This document shows positions 40,265-49,696 of a stretch of DNA of 52,238 bases, piece by piece (the first letter of the stretch is position 1; every line of letters begins with the position of its first letter). The notes beneath the pieces were generated by a model that saw nothing but the letters and a program-made list of their open reading frames with translations, made no database searches and was not told the DNA's origin. The position numbers and the translations under genes were made by a program. Source of the stretch: Spirochaeta sp. LUC14_002_19_P3 (lineage in GTDB: Bacteria; Spirochaetota; Spirochaetia; DSM-2461). The DNA lies in the NCBI GenBank assembly GCA_002084135.1, contig MUIB01000055.1, positions 1 through 52,238 on the forward strand, in the 5' to 3' direction.

Positions 40265-41343
40265 TGACTGAGTACAAGCTAATGAAAGGAAATGAAGCTA
40301 TGGCGGAGGCCGCGCTGATTGCCGGATGCCGTTACTATTATGCCTATCCCATAACCCCCCAGAATGAAGTTGTCGCCTACATGGCAAAAAATATGCCGCG
40401 GGTAAACGGCACTTTTATTCAGGCCGAAAGCGAATTGGCTGCGGCTTCCATGGTAATGGGATCGGCGGCATCAGGAGGACGCGCCATGACATCTTCCTCT
40501 TCGCCGGGAATTACCCTGAAACAGGAAAGCATATCCTACATGGCCGGAGCCGAACTGCCCTGTGTTATTGCAAATATTATGCGCGGCGGCCCCGGACTGG
40601 GCGGAATTGCCGGCGCTCAGGGCGACTATTTTCAAGCCACCCGCGGAGGCGGGCATGGGGATTACAGAACCATAGTTCTGGCACCCGACAACGCCCAGGA
40701 ACTCGCCGATTTCACCGTTGAAGCCTTCGATCTGGCCGATGAATACCGTACGCCGGTTATTATTCTGGCCGACGGCTATCTTGGGCAAATGTCCGAACCG
40801 GTAGTTTTACCGAAGCCCACGGGAAAAACCTTTGAGAAACCCTGGGCTGTTACCGGAGCCAAAGACCGAAAGCAGAATATTATCGTATCCCTGCTGCTGC
40901 ATCCCGAAAATGTTCTGGAACTGCACAACTTACATCTTCAGGAAAAATATGAGCGGATAACTCAGAAAATCCGGCGATATGAAACCTACAAAACCGAAGA
41001 TGCGGATTGGCTGCTGGCGGCCTACGGCACTTCGGCACGAATTGCCCAAAAAGCGGTGGATAAGCTCCGGGAAGACGGCATTAAGGCCGGGTTGTTCCGT
41101 CCGACATGTCTTTGGCCCTTCCCTGACAGGGAACTCGCTGAATGCGCCTCACACTGCACCCGCCTGCTTACGGTGGAAATGAGCCATGGGCAGATGGTAG
41201 AGGATGTAAAACTGGCTGTGAACGGAGCGATTGAAGTTGATTTTTATGGCCGTGCTGGTGGTGCATTGCCGACAGTAAAAGATATTATTGCAAGGATTAA
41301 AAACTATGAGCACTCAGAATTTACACATGTACAGGCGTCCTGA
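40264..41343 (+). CDS. vorB: 2-oxoacid:ferredoxin oxidoreductase alpha subunit (3-methyl-2-oxobutanoate dehydrogenase VorB-like)
   Basis: MKGNEAMAEAA, YPITPQ, QAESE, TSSSSPG and QGDYFQATRGGGHGDY motifs. Confidence 0.88.
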   Translation: MTEYKLMKGNEAMAEAALIAGCRYYYAYPITPQNEVVAYMAKNMPRVNGTFIQAESELAAASMVMGSAASGGRAMTSSSSPGITLKQESISYMAGAELPCVIANIMRGGPGLGGIAGAQGDYFQATRGGGHGDYRTIVLAPDNAQELADFTVEAFDLADEYRTPVIILADGYLGQMSEPVVLPKPTGKTFEKPWAVTGAKDRKQNIIVSLLLHPENVLELHNLHLQEKYERITQKIRRYETYKTEDADWLLAAYGTSARIAQKAVDKLREDGIKAGLFRPTCLWPFPDRELAECASHCTRLLTVEMSHGQMVEDVKLAVNGAIEVDFYGRAGGALPTVKDIIARIKNYEHSEFTHVQAS

Positions 41344-42088
41344 GGCACTTCTGAATGTCCGTACCCACTATTGCGCGGGCTGCGGACACGGCATTATTCA
41401 CAAGCTGTTCGCGGAAGCTCTCGGCGAGCTGAATATTCGCGAAGAAACAATTGTTGTCGCGCCGGTGGGTTGCTCGGTGTTGCTGTACAACTACATCAAT
41501 GTCGATGGGCTGGAAGCCGCACATGGCCGAACTCCGGCCGTGGCCACTGGGGTAAAAAGAGCGCAGCCAAATCGCATCGTTGTTTCCTATCAGGGCGATG
41601 GTGATCTTCTGGCCATAGGAACAGGGGAAACACTTCATGCCGCCAATCGCGGCGAAAACATTACGGTTATATTCGTTAATAACGCCAATTACGGCATGAC
41701 CGGCGGCCAGATGGCCCCGACAACCCTTGTGGATCAGCGTACCCTTACCTCGCCAAAGGGAAGAAATCCCCAGGAAACGGGATACCCGATAAGGGCCTGC
41801 GAATTGCTCAGCACTCTGGAAGCCCCGGCTTACATTGAACGGGTATCCCTGCACAATCCCGGTGCGGTGAAAAAAACCAAAAAAGCCATTGTAAAAGCTC
41901 TACAATATCAGAAGGAAGGGCGCGGCTATTCCTTTGTGGAGATTCTTTCCATGTGTCCAACCAACTGGGGAATTGAACCAGCCGCCGGCGCGGACTGGAT
42001 AAAAACGTCCATGGTGCCCTGGTTTCCCCACAAGGTGTTTCGCGACCGCCCGGCGGAAGCCGCGGCAGCCGGTGGGAAGGCATCGTGA
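41306..42088 (+). CDS. 2-oxoacid:ferredoxin oxidoreductase beta (TPP-binding) subunit
   Basis: HYCAGCGHG, PVGC, AAHGR, QGDGD...NNANYGMTGGQ and CPTNW motifs. Confidence 0.92.
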   Translation: MSTQNLHMYRRPEALLNVRTHYCAGCGHGIIHKLFAEALGELNIREETIVVAPVGCSVLLYNYINVDGLEAAHGRTPAVATGVKRAQPNRIVVSYQGDGDLLAIGTGETLHAANRGENITVIFVNNANYGMTGGQMAPTTLVDQRTLTSPKGRNPQETGYPIRACELLSTLEAPAYIERVSLHNPGAVKKTKKAIVKALQYQKEGRGYSFVEILSMCPTNWGIEPAAGADWIKTSMVPWFPHKVFRDRPAEAAAAGGKAS

Positions 42089-42654
42089 ATTATCCCACTG
42101 AAGAAATAATTATTGCTGGTTTTGGCGGACAGGGTATCCTGCTGGCTGGCAGGCTACTATGCGTGGCCGCCATGCGTCAGGGTAGGCAGGTTTCCCATAT
42201 TCCCTCTTACGGTGCAGAAATGCGCGGCGGAACCGCTAACTGTTCGGTTGTGCTGAGTGCGGAGAGGATAGCCTCGCCAGTTATCGATATGGCAACAGCG
42301 GTTATTGCCCTCAACGGCCCTTCGGTGGCAAAATTTGAACCGCGGGTGCGTCCAGGCGGTATACTCATCTGGAATTCATCGCTGTGCAAAAAGATTCTTC
42401 CCGAGCGGACGGATATTCAGTCCATCGCCATTCCGGCAACCGAACTCTCTCTCACGGAAGGCACGGAGCGGGCGGCCAATATGGCTGCTATCGGTGCCCT
42501 TATGGCCCTAAAGCCCAAACTGATGACGGAAAACCACTTCAGTGCTGCCCTCGACGAGGTGGTTTCCGAGCGCAACCGTAGATACAACCCGGTTAATTTG
42601 CGGATTATGCAGGCAGGCTATGAGGCGGCATTAGCTATTATCAAGAAAAACTGA
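42085..42654 (+). CDS. 2-oxoacid:ferredoxin oxidoreductase gamma subunit
   Basis: AGFGGQG and PSYGAEMRGGTANC motifs. Confidence 0.92.
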   Translation: MNYPTEEIIIAGFGGQGILLAGRLLCVAAMRQGRQVSHIPSYGAEMRGGTANCSVVLSAERIASPVIDMATAVIALNGPSVAKFEPRVRPGGILIWNSSLCKKILPERTDIQSIAIPATELSLTEGTERAANMAAIGALMALKPKLMTENHFSAALDEVVSERNRRYNPVNLRIMQAGYEAALAIIKKN

Positions 42655-42655
42655 C

Positions 42656-42855
42656 GGGTACCTCTGAAAAACAGCTTTAGGGTACCTCTAAAAAACAGCT
42701 TTAGGAAATTGACGAAGAAATTTTTTGTCGGGCGGCAAAGGGGAAGGATGAATGGGGAAGAGTGAAAAGTGATAAGCTACGTGAGCATTTTGACAACTTA
42801 AGGAGCGGCGGAAAAGTTCGAGTCAAGAACTAAATGGGGGTTTTTAGAGGTGCCC
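42656..42855 (-). mobile_element. MITE-like hairpin element, copy 4 (42680-42855), with an extra 24-bp end duplication (42656-42679) and a replaced central segment
   Basis: GGGTACCTCT[G/A]AAAAACAGCTTTA occurs twice in tandem; right end TTTTTAGAGGTGCCC; purine-rich central substitution. Confidence 0.88.
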
Positions 42856-43693
42856 TGGATAATATACCGCTTATAACACGGTCTCGGCCACCCAAATCGC
42901 GGCGAATCGTAACAGTATGGAATCCGCCACTCTGAAGCAGTGTCCTTAGCACGGGCATTTGCCGCGGATCCGCCTCCAGAAGCAGAGTGCTGCCCGGTTG
43001 AAGATGCGCCGCCGCCTGGGGGATGAGCCTGCGAATCACACCCAGGCCATCCATATCCCCGCCGTCGAGTGCCAGTGGAGGCTCCCGCCAGCCCAGCGCC
43101 CGGCGTTCAGCCGTTTCCTCCGGCCTAAGGTAGGGGGGGTTGGCGACAATAATATCGAAACAGTCACTTAGCCCCTCCAGTAAATCCGATTGGATAAAAT
43201 GCACTCTGCTACCGGTAAGTTTTTCATTGTTAAGCCGAAAATATTTTTTCGCGTCATCGGATATATCCGAAGCGGAAATATGCCATCCCATCCGCTCAGA
43301 AGCCAGGGCAATCCCTATGGTTCCCGGCCCGCAGCAGCAGTCGTGCAGGCGTCCCGAACTGCCCTCCGGCATGATTGCAAGCGCAGCCTCCACCAGGGTT
43401 TCCGAGTCCTGGCGGGGACACAGCACCCCCGGGCCAACTTGAAATTCCAGCCCCCAGAACTCCTTTACCCCGATAATCCAGGCCACCGGTTCTCCTGCCT
43501 TCCGCCGCCGAATCAGAGTTCGGAACCGCTTAATCCCCTCCCCTTCCACAGGCTCCCGGAGATTCATATAGAGCGTTTCGCGGGAAATACCCAGTGTGTG
43601 AGCCAGAAGCAGAGCGACATCGAGATGCGGCGTATCCGTATCGGCAGGCAGCAAAGCACCATGTCCCTCGCGGAGGAGATCGGCTAAAACCAT
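42830..43693 (-). CDS. prmC: Release factor glutamine methyltransferase
   Basis: GEPVAWIIG.KEFWG, VLCPRQDSETLVE, NPPY and ALDGG.DGL motifs; downstream of prfA. Confidence 0.95.
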   Translation of the reverse strand: MVLADLLREGHGALLPADTDTPHLDVALLLAHTLGISRETLYMNLREPVEGEGIKRFRTLIRRRKAGEPVAWIIGVKEFWGLEFQVGPGVLCPRQDSETLVEAALAIMPEGSSGRLHDCCCGPGTIGIALASERMGWHISASDISDDAKKYFRLNNEKLTGSRVHFIQSDLLEGLSDCFDIIVANPPYLRPEETAERRALGWREPPLALDGGDMDGLGVIRRLIPQAAAHLQPGSTLLLEADPRQMPVLRTLLQSGGFHTVTIRRDLGGRDRVISGILSRAPLKTPI

Positions 43694-43713
43694 TAAGACC
43701 CTTCAGAACACCT

Positions 43714-44787
43714 TCATTCTTTAATGGCCGACTCTATCGCGCTCACCTTCAGGGCATCGACTATATCATCTATTTCGCCCTGCATTATTTGCTCAAGTTT
43801 GTACAAAGTAAGATTGATCCGGTGGTCGCTTACCCGGTTCTGGGGGAAGTTGTAGGTGCGTATGCGTTCCGATCTGTCTCCGCTGCCCACCTGGCTCTTG
43901 CGTTCGGCTGCCCTCTCGGCATGTTTCTTGGCCTCTTCGGCTTCGAGAAGACGGCTTCTGAGCACCCGCAGTGCCTTGGCTTTGTTCTTTATCTGACTTT
44001 TTTCGTCCTGACAGATAACCACCAAACCAGTGGGAAGATGGGTTATCCGCACCGCCGAGTCCGTGGTATTGACACTCTGGCCGCCCGGCCCGCTGGACCG
44101 GTAAACATCGATTTTCAGATCGTTTTCATTGATTTCAATGTCGGTTTCTTCCGCCTCCGGAAGCACCGCCACCGTTACCGCCGAAGTGTGAATGCGCCCC
44201 TGCGACTCCGTAACCGGAACCCTCTGCACCCGGTGAACGCCAGACTCGTAGCGCAGGCTTCCGTAAACATTTTTCCCGCTTACCGAAAAAATAATCTCCT
44301 TGAAGCCCCCCGCCTCGGATGCACTTTCACTCATTACCTCCACTTTCCATTTACGGATTTCCGCATAGCGCCCGTATACCCGGTAAAGGTCGGCCGCGAA
44401 GATGCTGGCCTCATCCCCGCCGGTGCCCGCACGTATTTCGACAATAATGTTCTTGCCGTCAAGCGGGTCCCGCGGCACCAGCAGCAGTTTCAGGCGGTTC
44501 TCAATTGTTTCCAGTTCTTCTTCCAGCGGGGCAATTTCCGCCGCCGCCATTGCCTTGAGTTCCGCATCCGGCTCGGATTCGGCCATCTGTTTCGCGCCGC
44601 TTAATTCTGTTTTCCTGGCCTCATACTCCGCATAAACCTCCATGGTTTCCCGCAGATGATCGTATTCCTGCATGGCCTCCTTGTAGGCGCCGGGGTTTTT
44701 AGGCAGATCGGGATCCGCAATAACTTGTTCAAGTTCCCTAAAGCGCTTTTGAAGAGATGCAAGCCGCTGTTCCAGTAAGTTGCTCAT
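43714..44787 (-). CDS. prfA: Peptide chain release factor 1
   Basis: [14 protein letters not shown] tripeptide, GPGGQSVN and RTYNFPQNR. Start moved to MSNLLE (44787). Confidence 0.97.
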   Translation of the reverse strand: MSNLLEQRLASLQKRFRELEQVIADPDLPKNPGAYKEAMQEYDHLRETMEVYAEYEARKTELSGAKQMAESEPDAELKAMAAAEIAPLEEELETIENRLKLLLVPRDPLDGKNIIVEIRAGTGGDEASIFAADLYRVYGRYAEIRKWKVEVMSESASEAGGFKEIIFSVSGKNVYGSLRYESGVHRVQRVPVTESQGRIHTSAVTVAVLPEAEETDIEINENDLKIDVYRSSGPGGQSVNTTDSAVRITHLPTGLVVICQDEKSQIKNKAKALRVLRSRLLEAEEAKKHAERAAERKSQVGSGDRSERIRTYNFPQNRVSDHRINLTLYKLEQIMQGEIDDIVDALKVSAIESAIKE

Positions 44788-44884
44788 AAGTGCAGTGTAC
44801 AGGATATTGCCGTTCCGGGATAGATGGACAGTGGAAAACCTTTGCACCGAAAATTCACAAGACAATATTATGCCTTCTTCCCCG

Positions 44885-44913
44885 TTGACACAGCACCTCT
44901 GCTGGCTCACAAT
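44885..44913 (+). promoter_or_regulatory. Sigma70-type promoter of the aspartokinase gene
   Basis: TTGACA-17 nt-CACAAT. Confidence 0.6.
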
Positions 44914-44930
44914 GAGACAAAATATTTAAA

Positions 44931-44958
44931 GGGCACCTCTAAAGGGCACCTCTAAAAA
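44931..44958 (+). repeat. Tandem solo MITE termini in the aspartokinase 5' UTR
   Basis: GGGCACCTCTAAA followed by GGGCACCTCTAAAAA. Confidence 0.75.
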
Positions 44959-44978
44959 TGCTTAAACAGGAGCGGACA

Positions 44979-46262
44979 ATGTCGATAATTGCGGCGAAAT
45001 TCGGCGGAACTTCAGTGGCGAGTGCCAAACAGATTGAGAAAATCGCGGCTATAATTCAAAAGGATTCCCGGCGTCGGGCCATCGTGGTATCCGCACCGGG
45101 CAAGCGCGGCAAAGAGGATGAGAAGCTCACGGATGTTCTTATTGACTGTTATGAGCTGGCCGCGCAAAACAAAGCATTTGCCCAGAGATTTACCCCCGTC
45201 CGTGAGCGCTTTCAGGCACTGGCCCGGGATTTGTGTATGAATGGGCTTATGGATGAATGGCTCAATGAAACGGAAGAACTTATTGCTTCCGGCGCGGGCA
45301 GAAGTGCCGTTGTTTCCCGGGGGGAATACCTGAATGCCCAGCTTATCGCACGCTACTTAAACTATGAGTTTGTTGATGCCGCGCAGCTCATCGAATTTGC
45401 CGATACCCGGAAGGTGAATCTGGATAAAACCGATGCGCGAATAGCTTCGCGGCTGAACCCGAATAAGCACTATGTGATACCGGGATTTTACGGAGCCCGC
45501 AGCACCGGGGAGATACAGATTTTTACCCGGGGCGGTTCGGATATAAGCGGTGCCCTTATTGCCCGCGGGATTGGAGCGGCGAAGTATGAAAACTGGACTG
45601 ATGTCCCCGGTTTGCTGAGTGCCGATCCGCGCATTATCGAAAATCCGGCACCCATCCCGGAGATTAGCTACCGGACGCTCAGGGAGCTGGCTTTTCTGGG
45701 TGCCTCTGTTTTCCATGAGGAGGCTGTGGCTCCGGCGGCCTGTAGGGGCATTCCCATCCATATTCTCAGCACAGATGAGCCACAGCAGCCGGGAACCCTT
45801 ATTTCAGCCGAAGATGGGAGGGAAGCTCTTGCCGCGGCCACGGCTGGACGCGGCGGGCTCCGCTGGGCGGAATTTAAAATCTCGGGGAGCAGGCGGGAGG
45901 CCATGGCACGCACGGCAAAAATTGCCGCCGAAATGGGCATATCCCTTTTTCATTTGGGACTGGGCAGCGAAACGGGACAGCTTCTTGCGGCTTGGGAAGG
46001 GAATTTCAATGATCTTTTCCGCGCCCTTGAATTGGAATTGGTATCCGAAACACCTGCCGCACTTGTGGGTATGGCGGGCAGGGGAACGGCCCGGAGCGCC
46101 CCTCTGCTGGCGAAGGTTTTATCCGCCGCCCACAAAGCGGCCATTCCGCTGCTGGGCTTGAATACCGCCTATTCACAGAACAGCTTTTTCCTTGTTGTGA
46201 CCGAAGATTATTATAAAAAAACCACGGAAGTTTTGTATGAAGCTATGCGGGAAGCGCAGTGA
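44979..46262 (+). CDS. lysC: Aspartate kinase
   Basis: KFGGTSVA, VVSAPGK, SRGEYL, RGGSDISG and ENWTDVPG..ADPR; the C-terminal ACT-like region looks divergent. Confidence 0.88.
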   Translation: MSIIAAKFGGTSVASAKQIEKIAAIIQKDSRRRAIVVSAPGKRGKEDEKLTDVLIDCYELAAQNKAFAQRFTPVRERFQALARDLCMNGLMDEWLNETEELIASGAGRSAVVSRGEYLNAQLIARYLNYEFVDAAQLIEFADTRKVNLDKTDARIASRLNPNKHYVIPGFYGARSTGEIQIFTRGGSDISGALIARGIGAAKYENWTDVPGLLSADPRIIENPAPIPEISYRTLRELAFLGASVFHEEAVAPAACRGIPIHILSTDEPQQPGTLISAEDGREALAAATAGRGGLRWAEFKISGSRREAMARTAKIAAEMGISLFHLGLGSETGQLLAAWEGNFNDLFRALELELVSETPAALVGMAGRGTARSAPLLAKVLSAAHKAAIPLLGLNTAYSQNSFFLVVTEDYYKKTTEVLYEAMREAQ

Positions 46263-46337
46263 AGGTAGTAATGTTATTATTTTTACTGTATAATTAACAC
46301 CTGCCAGAACAAAAGCACCGGAGGTTCATTACAGTAT

Positions 46338-47966
46338 ATGTCAAACAGTCCTGATAATTTGAAAAGTATGGATCCTGAACTCGCGGCACTGCTGGAAGAT
46401 ACCTATACCTCGGATGAGATACCTGATTACTCTTCTCTTTTTGAAGAATCTGATGATAAACCTGATAGGGAAAAACCTGTTGAGGATCTGACACAGCTGG
46501 AATTCCCTGAAGTAACTGTATTCGAGCAAAAACCGGATCCTGTTTTTTCTGATGCCAATTATTATTCCAATGTATTAACCGGCGAGGGTGATATAGCCCA
46601 ACAGTTTCACTCCCAGCTTCAGCTCTATCTCAAGGAACAGGATCCGCAGACCAAGGGAGTTTACAGGCAGAGAGTTATACAGTCCTGGTGGAATTTAATT
46701 ATTCAGATTGCAGGCAGGTTCAGAAAAAGCAGCGTGGAGAAACAGTGGGCACTGAGGTATGGCTACCTGTTGCCGACTCTTGTCTCCGCTGAACAGCGTG
46801 CGATGCTGGCCAGAATTATCACAAAAAATGAGTACAATGAACCCATTCACTATCTTGACGAATGGCTTACACTGCTTATGGATGGGCATGTAAATCCTTT
46901 GGCCAGCGATGAGGTGGGGCAAGTAAAAAGGACACCGGGTAAGCGCATAAAAAAAGAACTTAGTGATGCCGAAGGGAAAAAAGATTCCCTGCTGTCTCTG
47001 CTGAATAACTTTCTTCTAAGACGGAAAGAGCTGGAAACTCGACTTGAAACAGACGTACAGGTACTCCTTACCCATAACTTTGTACCTGATTTGGAAGGTG
47101 TAGAAGAGGCATATCGGGAGGATCAGCGGAAGGCCATATATACCATGATGCAGATTCTCAGAGAACTGGAGCGGCTCAATCAGGATATAAAAGGTAATAT
47201 TGAGAAAATTATCGACCTAAAACAGAAAATCAGAACGATGAATACACAGGTTGAAGCCTCGGACGAAGAAAGTGAAATAGATATACAACTGATTGAAAGC
47301 GAAATGAACAATATCAAGCAGCTGATAAAACTCTGCGTTGGACGTCAGGGGAATCATTTTCCTTTTTTGATGAAATCGTTTTTTGTATCCGATATGCAGA
47401 TGCTTGCGACACGGGAGAATGTAATCCGCTGCATGAAAGAAATAGAGAAAATAGATGAAAGTTTATTCAAGCGTACGTTCAAAAGACAAACCTTGCGCAT
47501 TGTGCCGCATACCATTATTCTCCCATGCTACGGAAATTATGGCGTGTGCTGGGAGCCTTTTGAACTGCGCAACCGGGCAACAAGCCGGGGACGAATTGCT
47601 ATTCCCTTGTTTCCAAGGGATCTAAAAATTGCAATAATTTACGCACTGGCCGATTTGCGCTGGACCGTGGCAAAGGAAAGAGCGGCTCAATACTGGATGA
47701 CGGAAGGACTCACTGGTGAATACTATCAGTATTTCACGGAAAGCGGCGGAAAAGGAGATGTGAAAATTCAATTTCAAAGCGACTACTTGCTCTGGATAAC
47801 AAAGGAAGTGGAAGGTGTTCAGAAACTGGAAAGGGAAGCCCGCAACCTTTTTTGGCGCTTCATACCTTTTCCACAGCATATAAAAGATGTGCTACGGAAC
47901 CGCGGATTTGTTTACAATGAGCTCTACAAGAAAGATATGAACCGAAGCATCTCGGACGGCTATTGA
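46338..47966 (+). CDS. Hypothetical protein with acidic N-terminus and central coiled coil
   Basis: 542-codon ORF with RBS GGAGG; no recognisable catalytic motif. Confidence 0.75.
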   Translation: MSNSPDNLKSMDPELAALLEDTYTSDEIPDYSSLFEESDDKPDREKPVEDLTQLEFPEVTVFEQKPDPVFSDANYYSNVLTGEGDIAQQFHSQLQLYLKEQDPQTKGVYRQRVIQSWWNLIIQIAGRFRKSSVEKQWALRYGYLLPTLVSAEQRAMLARIITKNEYNEPIHYLDEWLTLLMDGHVNPLASDEVGQVKRTPGKRIKKELSDAEGKKDSLLSLLNNFLLRRKELETRLETDVQVLLTHNFVPDLEGVEEAYREDQRKAIYTMMQILRELERLNQDIKGNIEKIIDLKQKIRTMNTQVEASDEESEIDIQLIESEMNNIKQLIKLCVGRQGNHFPFLMKSFFVSDMQMLATRENVIRCMKEIEKIDESLFKRTFKRQTLRIVPHTIILPCYGNYGVCWEPFELRNRATSRGRIAIPLFPRDLKIAIIYALADLRWTVAKERAAQYWMTEGLTGEYYQYFTESGGKGDVKIQFQSDYLLWITKEVEGVQKLEREARNLFWRFIPFPQHIKDVLRNRGFVYNELYKKDMNRSISDGY

Positions 47967-49342
47967 TATTGCTCCAGTACCGCTTTCCGGCATGCCGCCT
48001 TGAAGGCATCCCCCCGTTCGAATTCATGGTTAAACATACCGAAACTTGTTGCACCCGGAGAGAGCAGCACGGTGTCGCCGGGTTCCGCGAGTGCCATGGC
48101 CCGTCCCACCGCCGCTTCCATGCTGCCGTAAGGGCCGTCTACCGCCCCGCCTAATGCTTTCAGGCGGGGCAGCCAGGCATCGGAGGCACTTCCCTGAAGC
48201 ATAATAATGCGCTTTGGAATGGCCGCCGCCGCATCGAAGGGAGCAAAATCCAGGCATTTGTCGGTGCCGCCGGCAATGAGTATGAGCGGCATATCGAAGG
48301 AGCGCACGGCTGCTGCCGCCGCATCGGGAATGGTGGCCGCGGTGTCGTCGAAGAAGCGGATGCCCTTTGCCTCCAGAAAGCATTCCATGCGGTAGGGCAC
48401 CCCGGAGAACTCGGCGAGAGCCGCACGGATAGATTCGCTGCCCATGCCCCAAAGCCGGGCAATGGCTCCGGCAAAGAGGGCATTCAGCCGATACGGCCTG
48501 CCGGGTACTCTTAGCGCTTTGGGCAATAATTCCTCTCTTTGCGCACCCTCACGGAACCAGCCGTGCCCCTTTGCGTCCAGCCATGCGGCACAGGGCGATT
48601 GCGGCTCGGAGCCATCGCCCACAAGCAATACCCGGCCCCTGGCCTCCAAAGCCCAATTCCATCGTGGGTCATCCAAAAAAACGCACCAATCTTCCCCTTT
48701 GGAATTTTCAAAGATAACCTTCTTGTCGGCTTCATAATCGGCGAAGGTGTTGTAGCGGTTCTGGTGATCTTTCATGAGGTTGGTAATGCAGGCCGTTTTG
48801 GGGCGAAGCAGGCCACGTCCGCGTAAATCGGCAAGCTGCCAGGACGAGAGTTCGAGGATAACCGGTTCATCGCCGCGCAGTTCGTTTACAAAGCTGAGCG
48901 GGCTTACGGTAATGTTCCCGCCAAGTCGCGTTCCCGGATAATGGCGGCGGAAGATGTGGTGGAGCAGGGAAACGGCGGTGGATTTGCCTTTGCTGCCGGT
49001 TACGGCAATAAGGGGAGAGCGGCAGCACTGAAGGAAGAGGCTTATGTCGGTTTCAATATTTTTGCGTCCGGCCAGAAGCGGTGCATCGATGGGCACGGCG
49101 GGGTTTTTTACGATAATGTCGGCTTCATCGAAATCCTTTTTGTCGTGGCGGCCAAGCACGAAGCGAATGCCCAGCCCATTTAGGGATTCCACGGATGCTT
49201 TCAGGGTGTTTTCGTCTCGCAGGTCGGTACATAGCACTTGCGCACCGTGTTCAGCCAGGTAGCGTGCCGCCGCCGCCCCGCCGCCGTGAAGTCCGAGTCC
49301 CATAATAACTATTTTTTTCCCTTGAAACGATTGCGCTGCCAT
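47960..49342 (-). CDS. murD: UDP-N-acetylmuramoyl-L-alanine--D-glutamate ligase
   Basis: MGLGLHGGG, VTGSKGKST, GGNI, LELSSWQL and LLSPGATSFGMFNHEFERG motifs. Confidence 0.95.
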   Translation of the reverse strand: MAAQSFQGKKIVIMGLGLHGGGAAAARYLAEHGAQVLCTDLRDENTLKASVESLNGLGIRFVLGRHDKKDFDEADIIVKNPAVPIDAPLLAGRKNIETDISLFLQCCRSPLIAVTGSKGKSTAVSLLHHIFRRHYPGTRLGGNITVSPLSFVNELRGDEPVILELSSWQLADLRGRGLLRPKTACITNLMKDHQNRYNTFADYEADKKVIFENSKGEDWCVFLDDPRWNWALEARGRVLLVGDGSEPQSPCAAWLDAKGHGWFREGAQREELLPKALRVPGRPYRLNALFAGAIARLWGMGSESIRAALAEFSGVPYRMECFLEAKGIRFFDDTAATIPDAAAAAVRSFDMPLILIAGGTDKCLDFAPFDAAAAIPKRIIMLQGSASDAWLPRLKALGGAVDGPYGSMEAAVGRAMALAEPGDTVLLSPGATSFGMFNHEFERGDAFKAACRKAVLEQYQ

Positions 49343-49504
49343 TTATGGTATCATACCCTGCTGGGGAACTTGTGTCATCTGTTGGGGTTAATGGGTGGGC
49401 TTGAAGTTCTGGGGGGTAGGCTGGAGGTGTCAGGAAAGGGCTGTGGGCTTTTTGGGCTTTGTATGATATTCAGGGGGTGCTTCGCACGGAGGGCAAATCA
49501 CGAA

Positions 49505-49586
49505 AGTGTATTTGATATTTCCTTACAAGACAAAGATATTCCAAGAATAATGAAAATTTAATAGTTCAGTGAAAACTTTCTATTGA
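49505..49586 (+). repeat. 82-bp direct repeat, left copy
   Basis: AGTGTATTTGATATTTCC...AAAACTTTCTATTGA, identical by eye to 51794-51875. Confidence 0.92.
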
Positions 49587-49610
49587 CAGAAAATCTATTC
49601 TGAGCATAAT
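49583..49610 (+). promoter_or_regulatory. Sigma70-type promoter upstream of the AGAAC tract
   Basis: TTGACA-16 nt-CATAAT; the right-hand repeat copy has TTGAAA at the same position. Confidence 0.55.
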
Positions 49611-49631
49611 GGCACTATGAGATTCACTTTG

Positions 49632-49696
49632 AGAACAGAACAGAACAGAACAGAACAGAACAGAACAGAACAGAACAGAACAGAACAGAACAGAAC
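49632..49696 (+). repeat. (AGAAC)13 pentanucleotide microsatellite
   Basis: Thirteen perfect units counted. Confidence 0.97.

Noticed and set aside
43594..44604. 336-aa plus-strand ORF
   Set aside because: Antisense shadow of prfA.
44914..44978. Lysine riboswitch upstream of aspartokinase
   Set aside because: The leader is only about 60 nt, far too short, and is occupied by MITE-end repeats.
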